DNA of 64,000 bases from Eledone cirrhosa (Eukaryota), in contig OZ024741.1 in the NCBI GenBank assembly GCA_964016885.1, forward strand, positions 254,882,001 through 254,946,000, read 5' to 3'. Positions 13,476 through 27,040 of the stretch are shown here, piece after piece. How positions within the stretch are numbered: the first letter of the stretch is position 1; every line of letters starts with the position of its first letter. A program made the translations under genes and the position numbers. Under the pieces are notes generated by a model. It searched no databases. It was given only the letters and a program-made list of their open reading frames with translations, and was not told the DNA's origin.

Positions 13476-13544
13476 AAATAACAAATAGACGCGGTTTCAA
13501 ATCTCTATGCTTTTCAAATTCATTACATTAATCTTTATTTATAC
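13476..13544 (+). repeat. 69-bp spacer, type A
   Basis: Matches 938-1006; preceded by variant tttcctcttacga. Confidence 0.95.
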
Positions 13545-14627
13545 GTTTCGCTTTACGAGTGTTTCGACTTACGAGTGTTTCGACATACGAGTGTTTCGAC
13601 TTACGAATGTTTTTGCTTACGGGTGTTTCGACTTACGAATGTTTTTGCTTACGAGTGTTTCGGTTTACGAGTGTTCCGACTTACGAGTGTTCCGACTTAC
13701 GAGTGTTTCGGCTTACGAGTGTTTTCGGCTTACGAGTGTTTCGACTTACGAGTGTTTTGACTTACGGTGTTTCGGCTTACGAGTGATTAGACTTACGAGT
13801 GTTTTGACTTACGGGTGTTTTGACTTACGGGTGTTGTGAATTACGAGTGTTCCGATTTACGAGTGTTTTGACTTACGGTGTTTCGGCTTACAAGTGATTC
13901 GACTTACGAATGTTTTGACTTACGGGTGTTTCGGCTTGCGAGTATTTCGACTTACGAGTGTTTCGGCTTATGAGTGTTTCGACTTACTAATGTTTTTACT
14001 TACGAGTGTTTCGGCGTACGAGTGTTTTGACTTACGAGTGTTTCGACTTACGAGTGTTTTGACTTACGAATGTTTTGACTTACGGGTGTTTCGGCTTACG
14101 AGTGTTTCGACTTACGAGTGTTTCGGCTTGCGAGTGTTTCGACTTACTAATGTTTTTACTTACGAGTGTTTCGGCGTACGAGTGTTTCGACTTACGAGTG
14201 TTTCGACTTACGGGTGTTTTGACTTACGGGTGTTTCGGCTTACGAGTGTTTCGACTTACGAGTGTTTTGACTTAAGGGTGTTTCGACTTACGAGTGTTTC
14301 GACTTACGAGTGTTTCGACTTACGGGTGTTTCGACTTACGAGTGTTCTGACTTACGAGTGTTCTGATTTACGGATGTTTCGACACACGAGTGTTTCGAAT
14401 TACGAGTGTTTCGACTTACAAGTGTTTTGGCTTACGGTGTTTCGGCTTACAAGTGTTTCGAGTTACGAGTGTTTTGACTTACGCGTGTTTTGACATACGA
14501 GTGTTTCGATACGAGTGTTCTGACTTACGAGTGTTCTGACTTACGAGTGTTCTGACTTACGAGTGTTCCGACTTTACGAGTGTTTCGGCTCACGAGTGTT
14601 TCGGCTTACGAGTGTTTCGACTTACGA

Positions 14628-14696
14628 AAATAACAAATAGACGCGGTTTCAAATCTCTATGCTTTTCAAATTCATTACATTAATCTTTATTTATAC
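14628..14696 (+). repeat. 69-bp spacer, type A
   Basis: Matches 938-1006. Confidence 0.95.
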
Positions 14697-15810
14697 GTTT
14701 CGCTTTACGAGTGTTTCGACTTACGAGTGTTTCGACATACGAGTGTTTCGGCTTACGAGTGTTTTGATTTACGAGTGTTTTGACTTACGGGTGCTTCGAC
14801 TTACGCGTGTTTCGACTTACGTGTGTTTCGACTTACGAGTGTTTCGACTTACGAGTGTTTCGGCTGGCGAGTGTTTCGACTTACGAGTGTTTTGACTTAA
14901 GGGTGTTTCGACTTACGAGTGTTTCGACTTACGAGTGTTTCGGCGTACGAGTGTTTTGACTTACGAGTGTTTCGACTTACGCGTGTTTTGACTTACGAAT
15001 GTTTTGACTTACGGGTGTTTCGGCTTACGAGTGTTTCGACTTACGAGTGTTTCGGCTTACGAGTGTTTCGACTTACTAATGTTTTTACTTACGAGTGTTT
15101 CGGCGTACGAGTGTTTCGACTTACGAGTGTTTCGACTTACGGGTGTTTTGACTTACGGGTGTTTCGGCTTACGAGTGTTTCGACTTACGAGTGTTTCGAC
15201 TTACGGGTGTTTCGATTACGAGTGTTTTGGCTTACGGTGTTTCGACTTACGAGTGTTTCGGCTTACGAGTGTTTTGACTTAAGGGTGTTTCGACTTACGA
15301 GTGTTTCGATACGAGTGTTTCGACTTACGAGTGTTTCGGCTTACGAGTGTTTCGACTTACGAGTGTTTCGACTTACGAGTGTTCTGATTTACGGATGTTT
15401 CGACATACGAGTGTTTCGACTTACGAGTGTTTCGACTTACGAGTGTTCTGACTTACGATTGTTCTGACTTACGAGCGTTCTGACTTACGAGTGTTTCGGC
15501 TTACGAGTGTTTCGGCTTACGAGTGTTTCGACTTACGAGTGTTTCGACTTACGAGTGTTCCGACTTACGGGTGTTTCGACTTACGAGTGTTTTGGCTTAC
15601 GGTGTTTCGATTTACGAGTGTTTCGAGTTAAGAGTGTTTTGACTTACGCGTGTTTTGACATACGAGTGTTCTGACTTACGAGTGTTCTGACTTACGAGTA
15701 TTTTGACTTACGAGTGTTCGGACTTACGAGTGTTCTGACTTAAGAGTGTTCCGACTTTACGAGTGTTTCGGCTCACGAGTGTTTCGGCTTACGAGTGTTT
15801 CGACTTACGA

Positions 15811-15879
15811 AAATAACAAATAGACGCGGTTTCAAATCTCTATGCTTTTCAAATTCATTACATTAATCTTTATTTATAC
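15811..15879 (+). repeat. 69-bp spacer, type A
   Basis: Matches 938-1006. Confidence 0.95.
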
Positions 15880-17008
15880 GTTTCGCTTTACGTGTGTTTC
15901 GACTTACAAGTGTTTCGACATACGAGTGTTTCGACTTACGAATGTTTTTGCTTACGGGTGTTTCGACTTACGAATGTTTTTGCTTACGAGTGTTTCGGTT
16001 TACGAGTGTTCCGACTTACGAGTGTTCCGACTTACGAGTGTTTCGGCTTACGAGTGTTTCCAGCTTACGAGTGTTTCGACTTACGAGTGTTTCGACTTAC
16101 GAGTGTTTCGAATTACGAGTGTTTCGACTTACGAGTGTTTTGACTTACGGGTGTTTTGACATACGAGTGTTTCGATACGAGTGTTTCGACTTACGAGTGT
16201 TCTGACTTACGAGTGTTCTGACTTACGAGTGTTCTGACTTACAAGTGTTCTTACTTACGAGTGTTCCGACTTACGAGTGTTCCGACTTACGAGTGTTTCG
16301 GCTTACGAATGTTTCGACTTACGAGTGTTTCGACTTACGAGTGTTCCGACTTACGGGTGTTTCGACTTACGAGTGTTTCGACTTACGAGTGTTTCGACTT
16401 ACGGGTGTTTCGATTACGAGTGTTTTGGCTTACGGTGTTTCGACTTACGAGTGTTTCGGCTTACGAGTGTTTTGACTTAAGGGTGTTTCGACTTACGAGT
16501 GTTTCGATACGAGTGTTTCGACTTACGAGTGTTTCGGCTTACGAGTGTTTCGACTTACGAGTGTTTCGACTTACGAGTGTTCTGATTTACGGATGTTTCG
16601 ACATACGAGTGTTTCGACTTACGAGTGTTTCGACTTACGAGTGTTCTGACTTACGATTGTTCTGACTTACGAGCGTTCTGACTTACGAGTGTTTCGGCTT
16701 ACGAGTGTTTCGGCTTACGAGTGTTTCGACTTACGAGTGTTTCGACTTACGAGTGTTCCGACTTACGGGTGTTTCGACTTACGAGTGTTTTGGCTTACGG
16801 TGTTTCGATTTACGAGTGTTTCCAGTTAAGAGTGTTTTGACTTACGCGTGTTTTGACATACGAGTGTTCTGACTTACGAGTGTTCCGACTTACGAGTATT
16901 TTGACTTACGAGTGTTCTGACTTACGAGTGTTCTGACTTAAGAGTGTTCCGACTTTACGAGTGTTTCGGCTCACGAGTGTTTCGGCTTACGAGTGTTTCG
17001 ACTTACGA

Positions 17009-17077
17009 AAATAACAAATAGACGCGGTTTCAAATCTCTATGCTTTTCAAATTCATTACATTAATCTTTATTTATAC
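17009..17077 (+). repeat. 69-bp spacer, type A
   Basis: Matches 938-1006. Confidence 0.95.
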
Positions 17078-17792
17078 GTTTCGCTTTACGTGTGTTTCGA
17101 CTTACAAGTGTTTCGACATACGAGTGTTTCGACTTACGAATGTTTTTGCTTACGGGTGTTTCGACTTACGAATGTTTTTGCTTACGAGTGTTTCGGTTTA
17201 CGAGTGTTCCGACTTACGAGTGTTCCGACTTACGAGTGTTTCGGCTTACGAGTGTTTCCAGCTTACGAGTGTTTCGACTTACGAGTGTTTCGACTTACGA
17301 GTGTTTCGAATTACGAGTGTTTCGACTTACGAGTGTTTTGACTTACGGGTGTTTTGACATACGAGTGTTTCGATACGAGTGTTTCGACTTACGAGTGTTC
17401 TGACTTACGAGTGTTCTGACTTACGAGTGTTCTGACTTACAAGTGTTCTTACTTACGAGTGTTCCGACTTACGAGTGTTCCGACTTACGAGTGTTTCGGC
17501 TTACGAATGTTTCGACTTACGAGTGTTTCGACTTACGAGTGTTCCGACTTACGGGTGTTTCGACTTACGAGTGTTTTGGCTTACGGTGTTTCGGCTTACG
17601 AGTGTTTCGAGTTACGAGTGTTTTGACTTACGCGTGTTTTGACATACGAGTGTTTCGATACGAGTGTTCTGACTTACGAGTGTTCTGCCTTACAAGTGTT
17701 CTGACTTACGAGTGTTCTGACTTACGAGTGTTCCGACTTTACGAGTGTTTCGGCTCACGAGTGTTTCGGCTTACGAGTGTTTCGACTTACGA

Positions 17793-17861
17793 AAATAACA
17801 AATAGACGCGGTTTCAAATCTCTATGCTTTTCAAATTCATTACATTAATCTTTATTTATAC
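17793..17861 (+). repeat. 69-bp spacer, type A
   Basis: Matches 938-1006. Confidence 0.95.
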
Positions 17862-20429
17862 GTTTCGCTTTACGAGTGTTTCGACATACGAGTGTATCGG
17901 CTTACGCGGCTTACGAGTGTTTTGATTTACGAGTGTTTTGACTTACGGGTGCTTCGACTTACGCGTGTTTCGACTTACGAGTGTTTCGACTTACGAGTGT
18001 TTCGGCTTACGAGTGTTTTGACTTACGAATGTTTTGACTTACGATTGTTTCGGCTTACGAGTGTTTCGACTTACGAGTGTTCTGACTACGAGTGTTCTGA
18101 CTTACGGGTGTTCTGACTTACGAGTGTTCCGACTTACGAGTGTTTCGGCTTATGAGTGTTTCGACTTACGAGTGTTCTGACTACGAGTGTTTCGACTTAC
18201 GAGTGTTCTGACTACGAGTGTTCTGACTTACGGGTGTTCTGACTTACGAGTGTTCCGACTTACGAGTGCTTCGACTTACGAGTGTTTCGGCTTACGGGTG
18301 TTTCGACTTACGAATGTTTTTGCTTACGAGTGTTTCGGCTTACGAGTGTTTCGGCTTATGAGTGTTTCGACTTACGAGTGTTTTGACTTACGGGTGTTTT
18401 GACATACGAGTGTTTCGATACGAGTGTTCTCACTTACGAGTGTTTCCGCTTACGAGTGTTTCGGCTTACGAGTGTTGCGACTTACTAATGTTTTTACTTA
18501 CGAGTGTTTCGGTGTAAGAGTGTTTCGACTTAACGATGTTTCGACTTACGAGTGTTTCGACTTACGAGTGTTTCGACTTACGATTGTTCCGACTTACGAG
18601 TGTTTCGGCTTATGAGTGTTTCGACTTACGGGCGTTTCGACTTACGGGTGTTTCGACTTACGAGTGTTTCGGCTTATGAGTGTTTCGACTTACGAGTGTT
18701 TTGACTTACGGGTGTTTTGACATACGAGTGTTTCGATACGAGTGTTCTGACTTACGAGTGTTTCCGCTTACGAGCGTTTCGGCTTACGAGTGTTTCGACT
18801 TACTAATGTTTTTACTTACGAGTGTTTCGGTGTAAGAGTGTTTCGACTTAACGATGTTTCGACTTACGAGTGTTTCGACTCACGAGTGTTTCGGCTTACG
18901 AGTGTTTCGGCTTATGAGTGTTTCGACTTACGAGTGTTTTGACTTACGGGTGTTTTGACATACGAGTGTTTCGATACGAGTGTTCTGACTTACGAGTGTT
19001 TCCGCTTACGAGTGTTTCGGCTTACGAGTGTTGCGACTTACTAATGTTTTTACTTACGAGTGTTTCGGTGTAAGAGTGTTTCGACTTAACGATGTTTCGA
19101 CTTACGAGTGTTTCGACTTACGAGTGTTTCGACTTACGATTGTTCCGACTTACGAGTGTTTCGGCTTATGAGTGTTTCGACTTACGGGCGTTTCGACTTA
19201 CGGGTGTTTCGACTTACGAGTGTTTCGGCTTATGAGTATTTCGACTTACGAGTGTCTTGACTTACGGGTGTTTTGACATACGAGTGTTTCGATACGAGTG
19301 TTCTGACTTACGAGTGTTTCCGCTTACGAGTGTTTCGGCTTACGAGTGTTTCGACTTACTAATGTTTTTACTTACGAGTGTTTCGGTGTAAGAGTGTTTC
19401 GACTTAACGATGTTTCGACTTACGAGTGTTTCGACTTACGAGTGTTTCGACTTACGAGTGTTCCGACTTACGAGTGTTTCGGCTTATGAGTGTTTCGACT
19501 TACGGGCGTTTCGACTTACGGGTGTTTCAACTTACGAGTGTTTTAACTTACGAGTGTTCTGACTTACGAGTGTTCTGACTTACGAGTGTTCCGACTTACG
19601 ACTGTTTCGACTTACGAGTGTTTTGACTTACGAGTGTTCCGACTTACGAGTGTTTCGGCTTACGGGTGTTTCGAGGTACGAGTATTTTTGGCTTACGAGT
19701 GTTCCGACTTACGAATGTCTCGGCTTACGAGTGTTTCGGCTTACGAGTGTTTCGACTTACGAGTGTTTCGACTTACGAGTGTTCCGACTTACGGGTGTTT
19801 CGACTTACGAGTGTTTTGGCTTACGGTGTTTCGACTTACGAGTGTTTCGGCTTACGAGTGTTTTGACTTAAGGGTGTTTCGACTTACGAGTGTTTCGATA
19901 CGAGTGTTTCGACTTACGAGTGTTTCGGCTTACGAGTGTTTCGACTTACGAGTGTTTCGACTTACGAGTGTTCTGATTTACGGATGTTTCGACATACGAG
20001 TGTTTCGACTTACGAGTGTTTCGACTTACGAGTGTTTTGACTTACGTGTGTTTTGACATACGAGTGTTTCGATACGAGTGTTTCGACTTACGATTGTTCT
20101 GACTTACGATTGTACTGACTTACGAGCGTTCTGGCTTAAGAGTGTTTCGGCTTACGAGTGTTTCGGCTTACGAGTGTTTCGACTTACGAGTGTTTCGACT
20201 TACGAGTGTTCCGACTTACGGGTGTTTCGACTTACGAGTGTTTTAGCTTACGGTGTTTAGACTTACGGGTGTTTCGAGTTAAGAGTGTTTTGACTTACGC
20301 GTGTTTTGACATACGAGTGTTCTGACTTACGAGTGTTCTGACTTACGAGTGTTCTGACTTACGAGTGTTCCGACTTTACGAGTGTTTCGGCTCACGAGTG
20401 TTTCGGCTTACGAGTGTTTCCTCTTACGA

Positions 20430-20498
20430 AAATAACAAATAGACGCGGTTTCAAATCTCTATGCTTTTCAAATTCATTACATTAATCTTTATTTATAC
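20430..20498 (+). repeat. 69-bp spacer, type A
   Basis: Matches 938-1006; preceded by variant tttcctcttacga. Confidence 0.95.
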
Positions 20499-21581
20499 GT
20501 TTCGCTTTACGAGTGTTTCGACTTACGAGTGTTTCGACATACGAGTGTTTCGACTTACGAATGTTTTTGCTTACGGGTGTTTCGACTTACGAATGTTTTT
20601 GCTTACGAGTGTTTCGGTTTACGAGTGTTCCGACTTACGAGTGTTCCGACTTACGAGTGTTTCGGCTTACGAGTGTTTCCGGCTTACGAGTGTTTCGACT
20701 TACGAGTGTTTCGACTTACGAGTGTTTTGACTTACGGTGTTTCGGCTTACGAGTGATTAGACTTACGAGTGTTTTGACTTACGGGTGTTTTGACTTACGG
20801 GTGTTGTGAATTACGAGTGTTCCGATTTACGAGTGTTTTGACTTACGGTGTTTCGGCTTACAAGTGATTCGACTTACGAATGTTTTGACTTACGGGTGTT
20901 TCGGCTTGCGAGTATTTCGACTTACGAGTGTTTCGGCTTATGAGTGTTTCGACTTACTAATGTTTTTACTTACGAGTGTTTCGGCGTACGAGTGTTTTGA
21001 CTTACGAGTGTTTCGACTTACGAGTGTTTTGACTTACGAATGTTTTGACTTACGGGTGTTTCGGCTTACGAGTGTTTCGACTTACGAGTGTTTCGGCTTG
21101 CGAGTGTTTCGACTTACTAATGTTTTTACTTACGAGTGTTTCGGCGTACGAGTGTTTCGACTTACGAGTGTTTCGACTTACGGGTGTTTCGGCTTACGAG
21201 TGTTTCGACTTACGAGTGTTTTGACTTAAGGGTGTTTCGACTTACGAGTGTTTCGACTTACGAGTGTTTCGACTTACGGGTGTTTCGACTTACGAGTGTT
21301 CTGACTTACGAGTGTTCTGATTTACGGATGTTTCGACACACGAGTGTTTCGAATTACGAGTGTTTCGACTTACAAGTGTTTTGGCTTACGGTGTTTCGGC
21401 TTACAAGTGTTTCGAGTTACGAGTGTTTTGACTTACGCGTGTTTTGACATACGAGTGTTTCGATACGAGTGTTCTGACTTACGAGTGTTCTGACTTACGA
21501 GTGTTCTGACTTACGAGTGTTCCGACTTTACGAGTGTTTCGGCTCACGAGTGTTTCGGCTTACGAGTGTTTCGACTTACGA

Positions 21582-21650
21582 AAATAACAAATAGACGCGG
21601 TTTCAAATCTCTATGCTTTTCAAATTCATTACATTAATCTTTATTTATAC
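21582..21650 (+). repeat. 69-bp spacer, type A
   Basis: Matches 938-1006. Confidence 0.95.
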
Positions 21651-22764
21651 GTTTCGCTTTACGAGTGTTTCGACTTACGAGTGTTTCGACATACGAGTGT
21701 TTCGGCTTACGAGTGTTTTGATTTACGAGTGTTTTGACTTACGGGTGCTTCGACTTACGCGTGTCTCGACTTACGTGTGTTTCGACTTACGAGTGTTTCG
21801 ACTTACGAGTGTTTCGGCTGGCGAGTGTTTCGACTTACGAGTGTTTTGACTTAAGGGTGTTTCGACTTACGAGTGTTTCGACTTACGAGTGTTTCGGCGT
21901 ACGAGTGTTTTGACTTACGAGTGTTTCGACTTACGCGTGTTTTGACTTACGAATGTTTTGACTTACGGGTGTTTCGGCTTACGAGTGTTTCGACTTACGA
22001 GTGTTTCGGCTTACGAGTGTTTCGACTTACTAATGTTTTTACTTACGAGTGTTTCGGCGTACGAGTGTTTCGACTTACGAGTGTTTCGACTTACGGGTGT
22101 TTTGACTTACGGGTGTTTCGGCTTACGAGTGTTTCGACTTACGAGTGTTTCGACTTACGGGTGTTTCGATTACGAGTGTTTTGGCTTACGGTGTTTCGAC
22201 TTACGAGTGTTTCGGCTTACGAGTGTTTTGACTTAAGGGTGTTTCGACTTACGAGTGTTTCGATACGAGTGTTTCGACTTACGAGTGTTTCGGCTTACGA
22301 GTGTTTCGACTTACGAGTGTTTCGACTTACGAGTGTTCTGATTTACGGATGTTTCGACATACGAGTGTTTCGACTTACGAGTGTTTCGACTTACGAGTGT
22401 TCTGACTTACGATTGTTCTGACTTACGAGCGTTCTGACTTACGAGTGTTTCGGCTTACGAGTGTTTCGGCTTACGAGTGTTTCGACTTACGAGTGTTTCG
22501 ACTTACGAGTGTTCCGACTTACGGGTGTTTCGACTTACGAGTGTTTTGGCTTACGGTGTTTCGATTTACGAGTGTTTCGAGTTAAGAGTGTTTTGACTTA
22601 CGCGTGTTTTGACATACGAGTGTTCTGACTTACGAGTGTTCTGACTTACGAGTATTTTGACTTACGAGTGTTCTGACTTACGAGTGTTCTGACTTAAGAG
22701 TGTTCCGACTTTACGAGTGTTTCGGCTCACGAGTGTTTCGGCTTACGAGTGTTTCGACTTACGA

Positions 22765-22833
22765 AAATAACAAATAGACGCGGTTTCAAATCTCTATGCT
22801 TTTCAAATTCATTACATTAATCTTTATTTATAC
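22765..22833 (+). repeat. 69-bp spacer, type A
   Basis: Matches 938-1006. Confidence 0.95.
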
Positions 22834-23548
22834 GTTTCGCTTTACGTGTGTTTCGACTTACAAGTGTTTCGACATACGAGTGTTTCGACTTACGAATGTT
22901 TTTGCTTACGGGTGTTTCGACTTACGAATGTTTTTGCTTACGAGTGTTTCGGTTTACGAGTGTTCCGACTTACGAGTGTTCCGACTTACGAGTGTTTCGG
23001 CTTACGAGTGTTTCCAGCTTACGAGTGTTTCGACTTACGAGTGTTTCGACTTACGAGTGTTTCGAATTACGAGTGTTTCGACTTACGAGTGTTTTGACTT
23101 ACGGGTGTTTTGACATACGAGTGTTTCGATACGAGTGTTTCGACTTACGAGTGTTCTGACTTACGAGTGTTCTGACTTACGAGTGTTCTGACTTACAAGT
23201 GTTCTTACTTACGAGTGTTCCGACTTACGAGTGTTCCGACTTACGAGTGTTTCGGCTTACGAATGTTTCGACTTACGAGTGTTTCGACTTACGAGTGTTC
23301 CGACTTACGGGTGTTTCGACTTACGAGTGTTTTGGCTTACGGTGTTTCGGCTTACGAGTGTTTCGAGTTACGAGTGTTTTGACTTACGCGTGTTTTGACA
23401 TACGAGTGTTTCGATACGAGTGTTCTGACTTACGAGTGTTCTGCCTTACAAGTGTTCTGACTTACGAGTGTTCTGACTTACGAGTGTTCCGACTTTACGA
23501 GTGTTTCGGCTCACGAGTGTTTCGGCTTACGAGTGTTTCGACTTACGA

Positions 23549-23617
23549 AAATAACAAATAGACGCGGTTTCAAATCTCTATGCTTTTCAAATTCATTACA
23601 TTAATCTTTATTTATAC
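23549..23617 (+). repeat. 69-bp spacer, type A
   Basis: Matches 938-1006. Confidence 0.95.
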
Positions 23618-25661
23618 GTTTCGCTTTACGAGTGTTTCGACTTACGAGTGTTTCGACATACGAGTGTATCGGCTTACGCGGCTTACGAGTGTTTTGATTT
23701 ACGAGTGTTTTGACTTACGGGTGCTTCGACTTACGCGTGTTTCGACTTACGAGTGTTTCGACTTACGAGTGTTTCGGCTTACGAGTGTTTTGACTTACGA
23801 ATGTTTTGACTTACGATTGTTTCGGCTTACGAGAGTTTCGACTTACGAGTGTTCTGACTACGAGTGTTCTGACTTACGGGTGTTCTGACTTACGAGTGTT
23901 CCGACTTACGAGTGTTTCGGCTTATGAGTGTTTCGACTTACGAGTGTTCTGACTACGAGTGTTTCGACTTACGAGTGTTCTGACTACGAGTGTTCTGACT
24001 TACGGGTGTTCTGACTTACGAGTGTTCCGACTTACGAGTGCTTCGACTTACGAGTGTTTCGGCTTACGGGTGTTTCGACTTACGAATGTTTTTGCTTACG
24101 AGTGTTTCGGCTTACGAGTGTTTCGGCTTATGAGTGTTTCGACTTACGAGTGTTTTGACTTACGGGTGTTTTGACATACGAGTGTTTCGATACGAGTGTT
24201 CTGAGTTACGAGTGTTTCCGCTTACGAGTGTTTCGGCTTACGAGTGTTGCGACTTACTAATGTTTTTACTTACGAGTGTTTCGGTGTAAGAGTGTTTCGA
24301 CTTAACGATGTTTCGACTTACGAGTGTTTCGACTTACGAGTGTTTCGACTTACGATTGTTCCGACTTACGAGTGTTTCGGCTTATGAGTGTTTCGACTTA
24401 CGGGCGTTTCGACTTACGGGTGTTTCGACTTACGAGTGTTTCGGCTTATGAGTGTTTCGACTTACGAGTGTCTTGACTTACGGGTGTTTTGACATACGAG
24501 TGTTTCGATACGAGTGTTCTGACTTACGAGTGTTTCCGCTTACGAGTGTTTCGGCTTACGAGTGTTTCGACTTACTAATGTTTTTACTTACGAGTGTTTC
24601 GGTGTAAGAGTGTTTCGACTTAACGATGTTTCGACTTACGAGTGTTTCGACTTACGAGTGTTTCGACTTACGAGTGTTCCGACTTACGAGTGTTTCGGCT
24701 TATGAGTGTTTCGACTTACGGGCGTTTCGACTTACGGGTGTTTCGAATTACGAGTGTTTTGACTTACGAGTGTTCTGACTTACGAGTGTTCTGACTTACG
24801 AATGTTCCGACTTGCGACTGTTTCGACTTACGAGTGTTTTGACTTACGAGTGTTCCGACTTACGAGTGTTTCGGCTTACGGGTGTTTCGACGTACGAGTA
24901 TTTTTGGCTTACGAGTGTTCCGACTTACGAGTGTCTCGGCTTACGAGTGTTTCGGCTTACGAGTGTTTCGACTTACGAGTGTTTCGACTTACGAGTGTTC
25001 CGACTTACGGGTGTTTCGACTTACGAGTGTTTTGGCTTACGGTGTTTCGACTTACGAGTGTTTCGGCTTACGAGTGTTTTGACTTAAGGGTGTTTCGACT
25101 TACGAGTGTTTCGATACGAGTGTTTCGACTTACGAGTGTTTCGGCTTACGAGTGTTTCGACTTACGAGTGTTTCGACTTACGAGTGTTCTGATTTACGGA
25201 TGTTTCGACATACGAGTGTTTCGACTTACGAGTGTTTCGACTTACGAGTGTTTTGACTTACGTGTGTTTTGACATACGAGTGTTTCGATACGAGTGTTTC
25301 GACTTACGATTGTTCTGACTTACGATTGTACTGACTTACGAGCGTTCTGACTTACGAGTGTTTCGGCTTACGAGTGTTTCGGCTTACGAGTGTTTCGACT
25401 TACGAGTGTTTCGACTTACGAGTGTTCCGACTTACGGGTGTTTCGACTTACGAGTGTTTTGGCTTACGGTGTTTCGACTTACGAGTGTTTCGAGTTAAGA
25501 GTGTTTTGACTTACGCGTGTTTTGACATACGAGTGTTCTGACTTACGAGTGTTCTGACTTACGAGTGTTCTGACTTACGAGTGTTCTGACTTACGAGTGT
25601 TCCGACTTTACGAGTGTTTCGGCTCACGAGTGTTTCGGCTTACGAGTGTTTCGACTTACGA

Positions 25662-25730
25662 AAATAACAAATAGACGCGGTTTCAAATCTCTATGCTTTT
25701 CAAATTCATTACATTAATCTTTATTTATAC
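25662..25730 (+). repeat. 69-bp spacer, type A
   Basis: Matches 938-1006. Confidence 0.95.
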
Positions 25731-26971
25731 GTTTCGCTTTACGAGTGTTTCGACTTACGAGTGTTTCGACATTCGAGTGTTTCGACTTACGAATGTTTTT
25801 GCTTACGGGTGTTTCGACTTACGAATGTTTTTGCTTACGAGTGTTTCGGTTTACGAGTGTTCCGACTTACGAGTGTTCCGACTTACGAGTGTTTCGGCTT
25901 ACGAGTGTTTCCGGCTTACGAGTGTTTCGACTTACGAGTGTTTCGACTTACGAGTGTTTTGACTTACGGTGTTTCGGCTTACGAGTGATTAGACTTACGA
26001 GTGTTTTGACTTACGGGTGTTTTGACTTACGGGTGTTGTGAATTACGAGTGTTCCGATTTACGAGTGTTTTGACTTACGGTGTTTCGGCTTACAAGTGAT
26101 TCGACTTACGAATGTTTTGACTTACGGGTGTTTCGGCTTGCGAGTATTTCGACTTACGAGTGTTTCGGCTTATGAGTGTTTCGACTTACTAATGTTTTTA
26201 CTTACGAGTGTTTCGGCGTACGAGTGTTTTGACTTACGAGTGTTTCGACTTACGAGTGTTTTGACTTACGAATGTTTTGACTTACGGGTGTTTCGGCTTA
26301 CGAGTGTTTCGACTTACGAGTGTTTCGGCTTGCGAGTGTTTCGACTTACTAATGTTTTTACTTACGAGTGTTTCGGCGTACGAGTGTTTCGACTTACGAG
26401 TGTTTCGACTTACGGGTGTTTTGACTTACGGGTGTTTCGGCTTACGAGTGTTTCGACTTACGAGTGTTTTGACTTAAGGGTGTTTCGACTTACGAGTGTT
26501 TCGACTTAGGAGTAATTTGACTTACGGGTGTTTTGACATACGAGTGTTTCGATACGAGTGTTTCGACTTACGAGTGTTCTGACTTACGAGTGTTCTGACT
26601 TACGAGTGTTCTGACTTACAAGTGTTCTTACTTACGAGTGTTCCGACTTACGAGTGTTCCGACTTACGAGTGTTTCGGCTTACGAATGTTTCGATTTACG
26701 AGTGTTTCGACTTACGAGTGTTCCTACTTACGGGTGTTTCGACTTACGAGTGTTTTGGCTTACGGTGTTTCGGCTTACGAGTGTTTCGAGTTACGAGTGT
26801 TTTGACTTACGCGTGTTTTGACATACGAGTGTTTCGATACGAGTGTTCTGACTTACGAGTGTTCTGCCTTACGAGTGTTCTGACTTACGAGTGTTCTGAC
26901 TTACGAGTGTTCCGACTTTACGAGTGTTTCGGCTCACGAGTGTTTCGGCTTACGAGTGTTTCGACTTACGA

Positions 26972-27040
26972 AAATAACAAATAGACGCGGTTTCAAATCT
27001 CTATGCTTTTCAAATTCATTACATTAATCTTTATTTATAC
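26972..27040 (+). repeat. 69-bp spacer, type A
   Basis: Matches 938-1006. Confidence 0.95.

Larger units (their letters stand above)
15168..17576 (+). repeat. Tandem duplication, period 1198 bp
   Basis: The marker gattacg is at 15214 and 16412. Spacers are at 15811 and 17009, and identical ORF sets start at 15842 and 17040. Confidence 0.92.
11053..23794 (+). repeat. Two-copy HOR: unit 1 about 6970 bp (contains an internal 1198-bp duplication), unit 2 about 5772 bp
   Basis: Offsets are 6970 (11217/18187, 12616/19586) and 6954 (13507/20461, 14659/21613, 15842/22796). Shared rare variants are tttcctcttacg, ttttagct, ggctggcg and the 9-bp duplication cggcttacg-cggcttacg (17898, 23670). Confidence 0.9.
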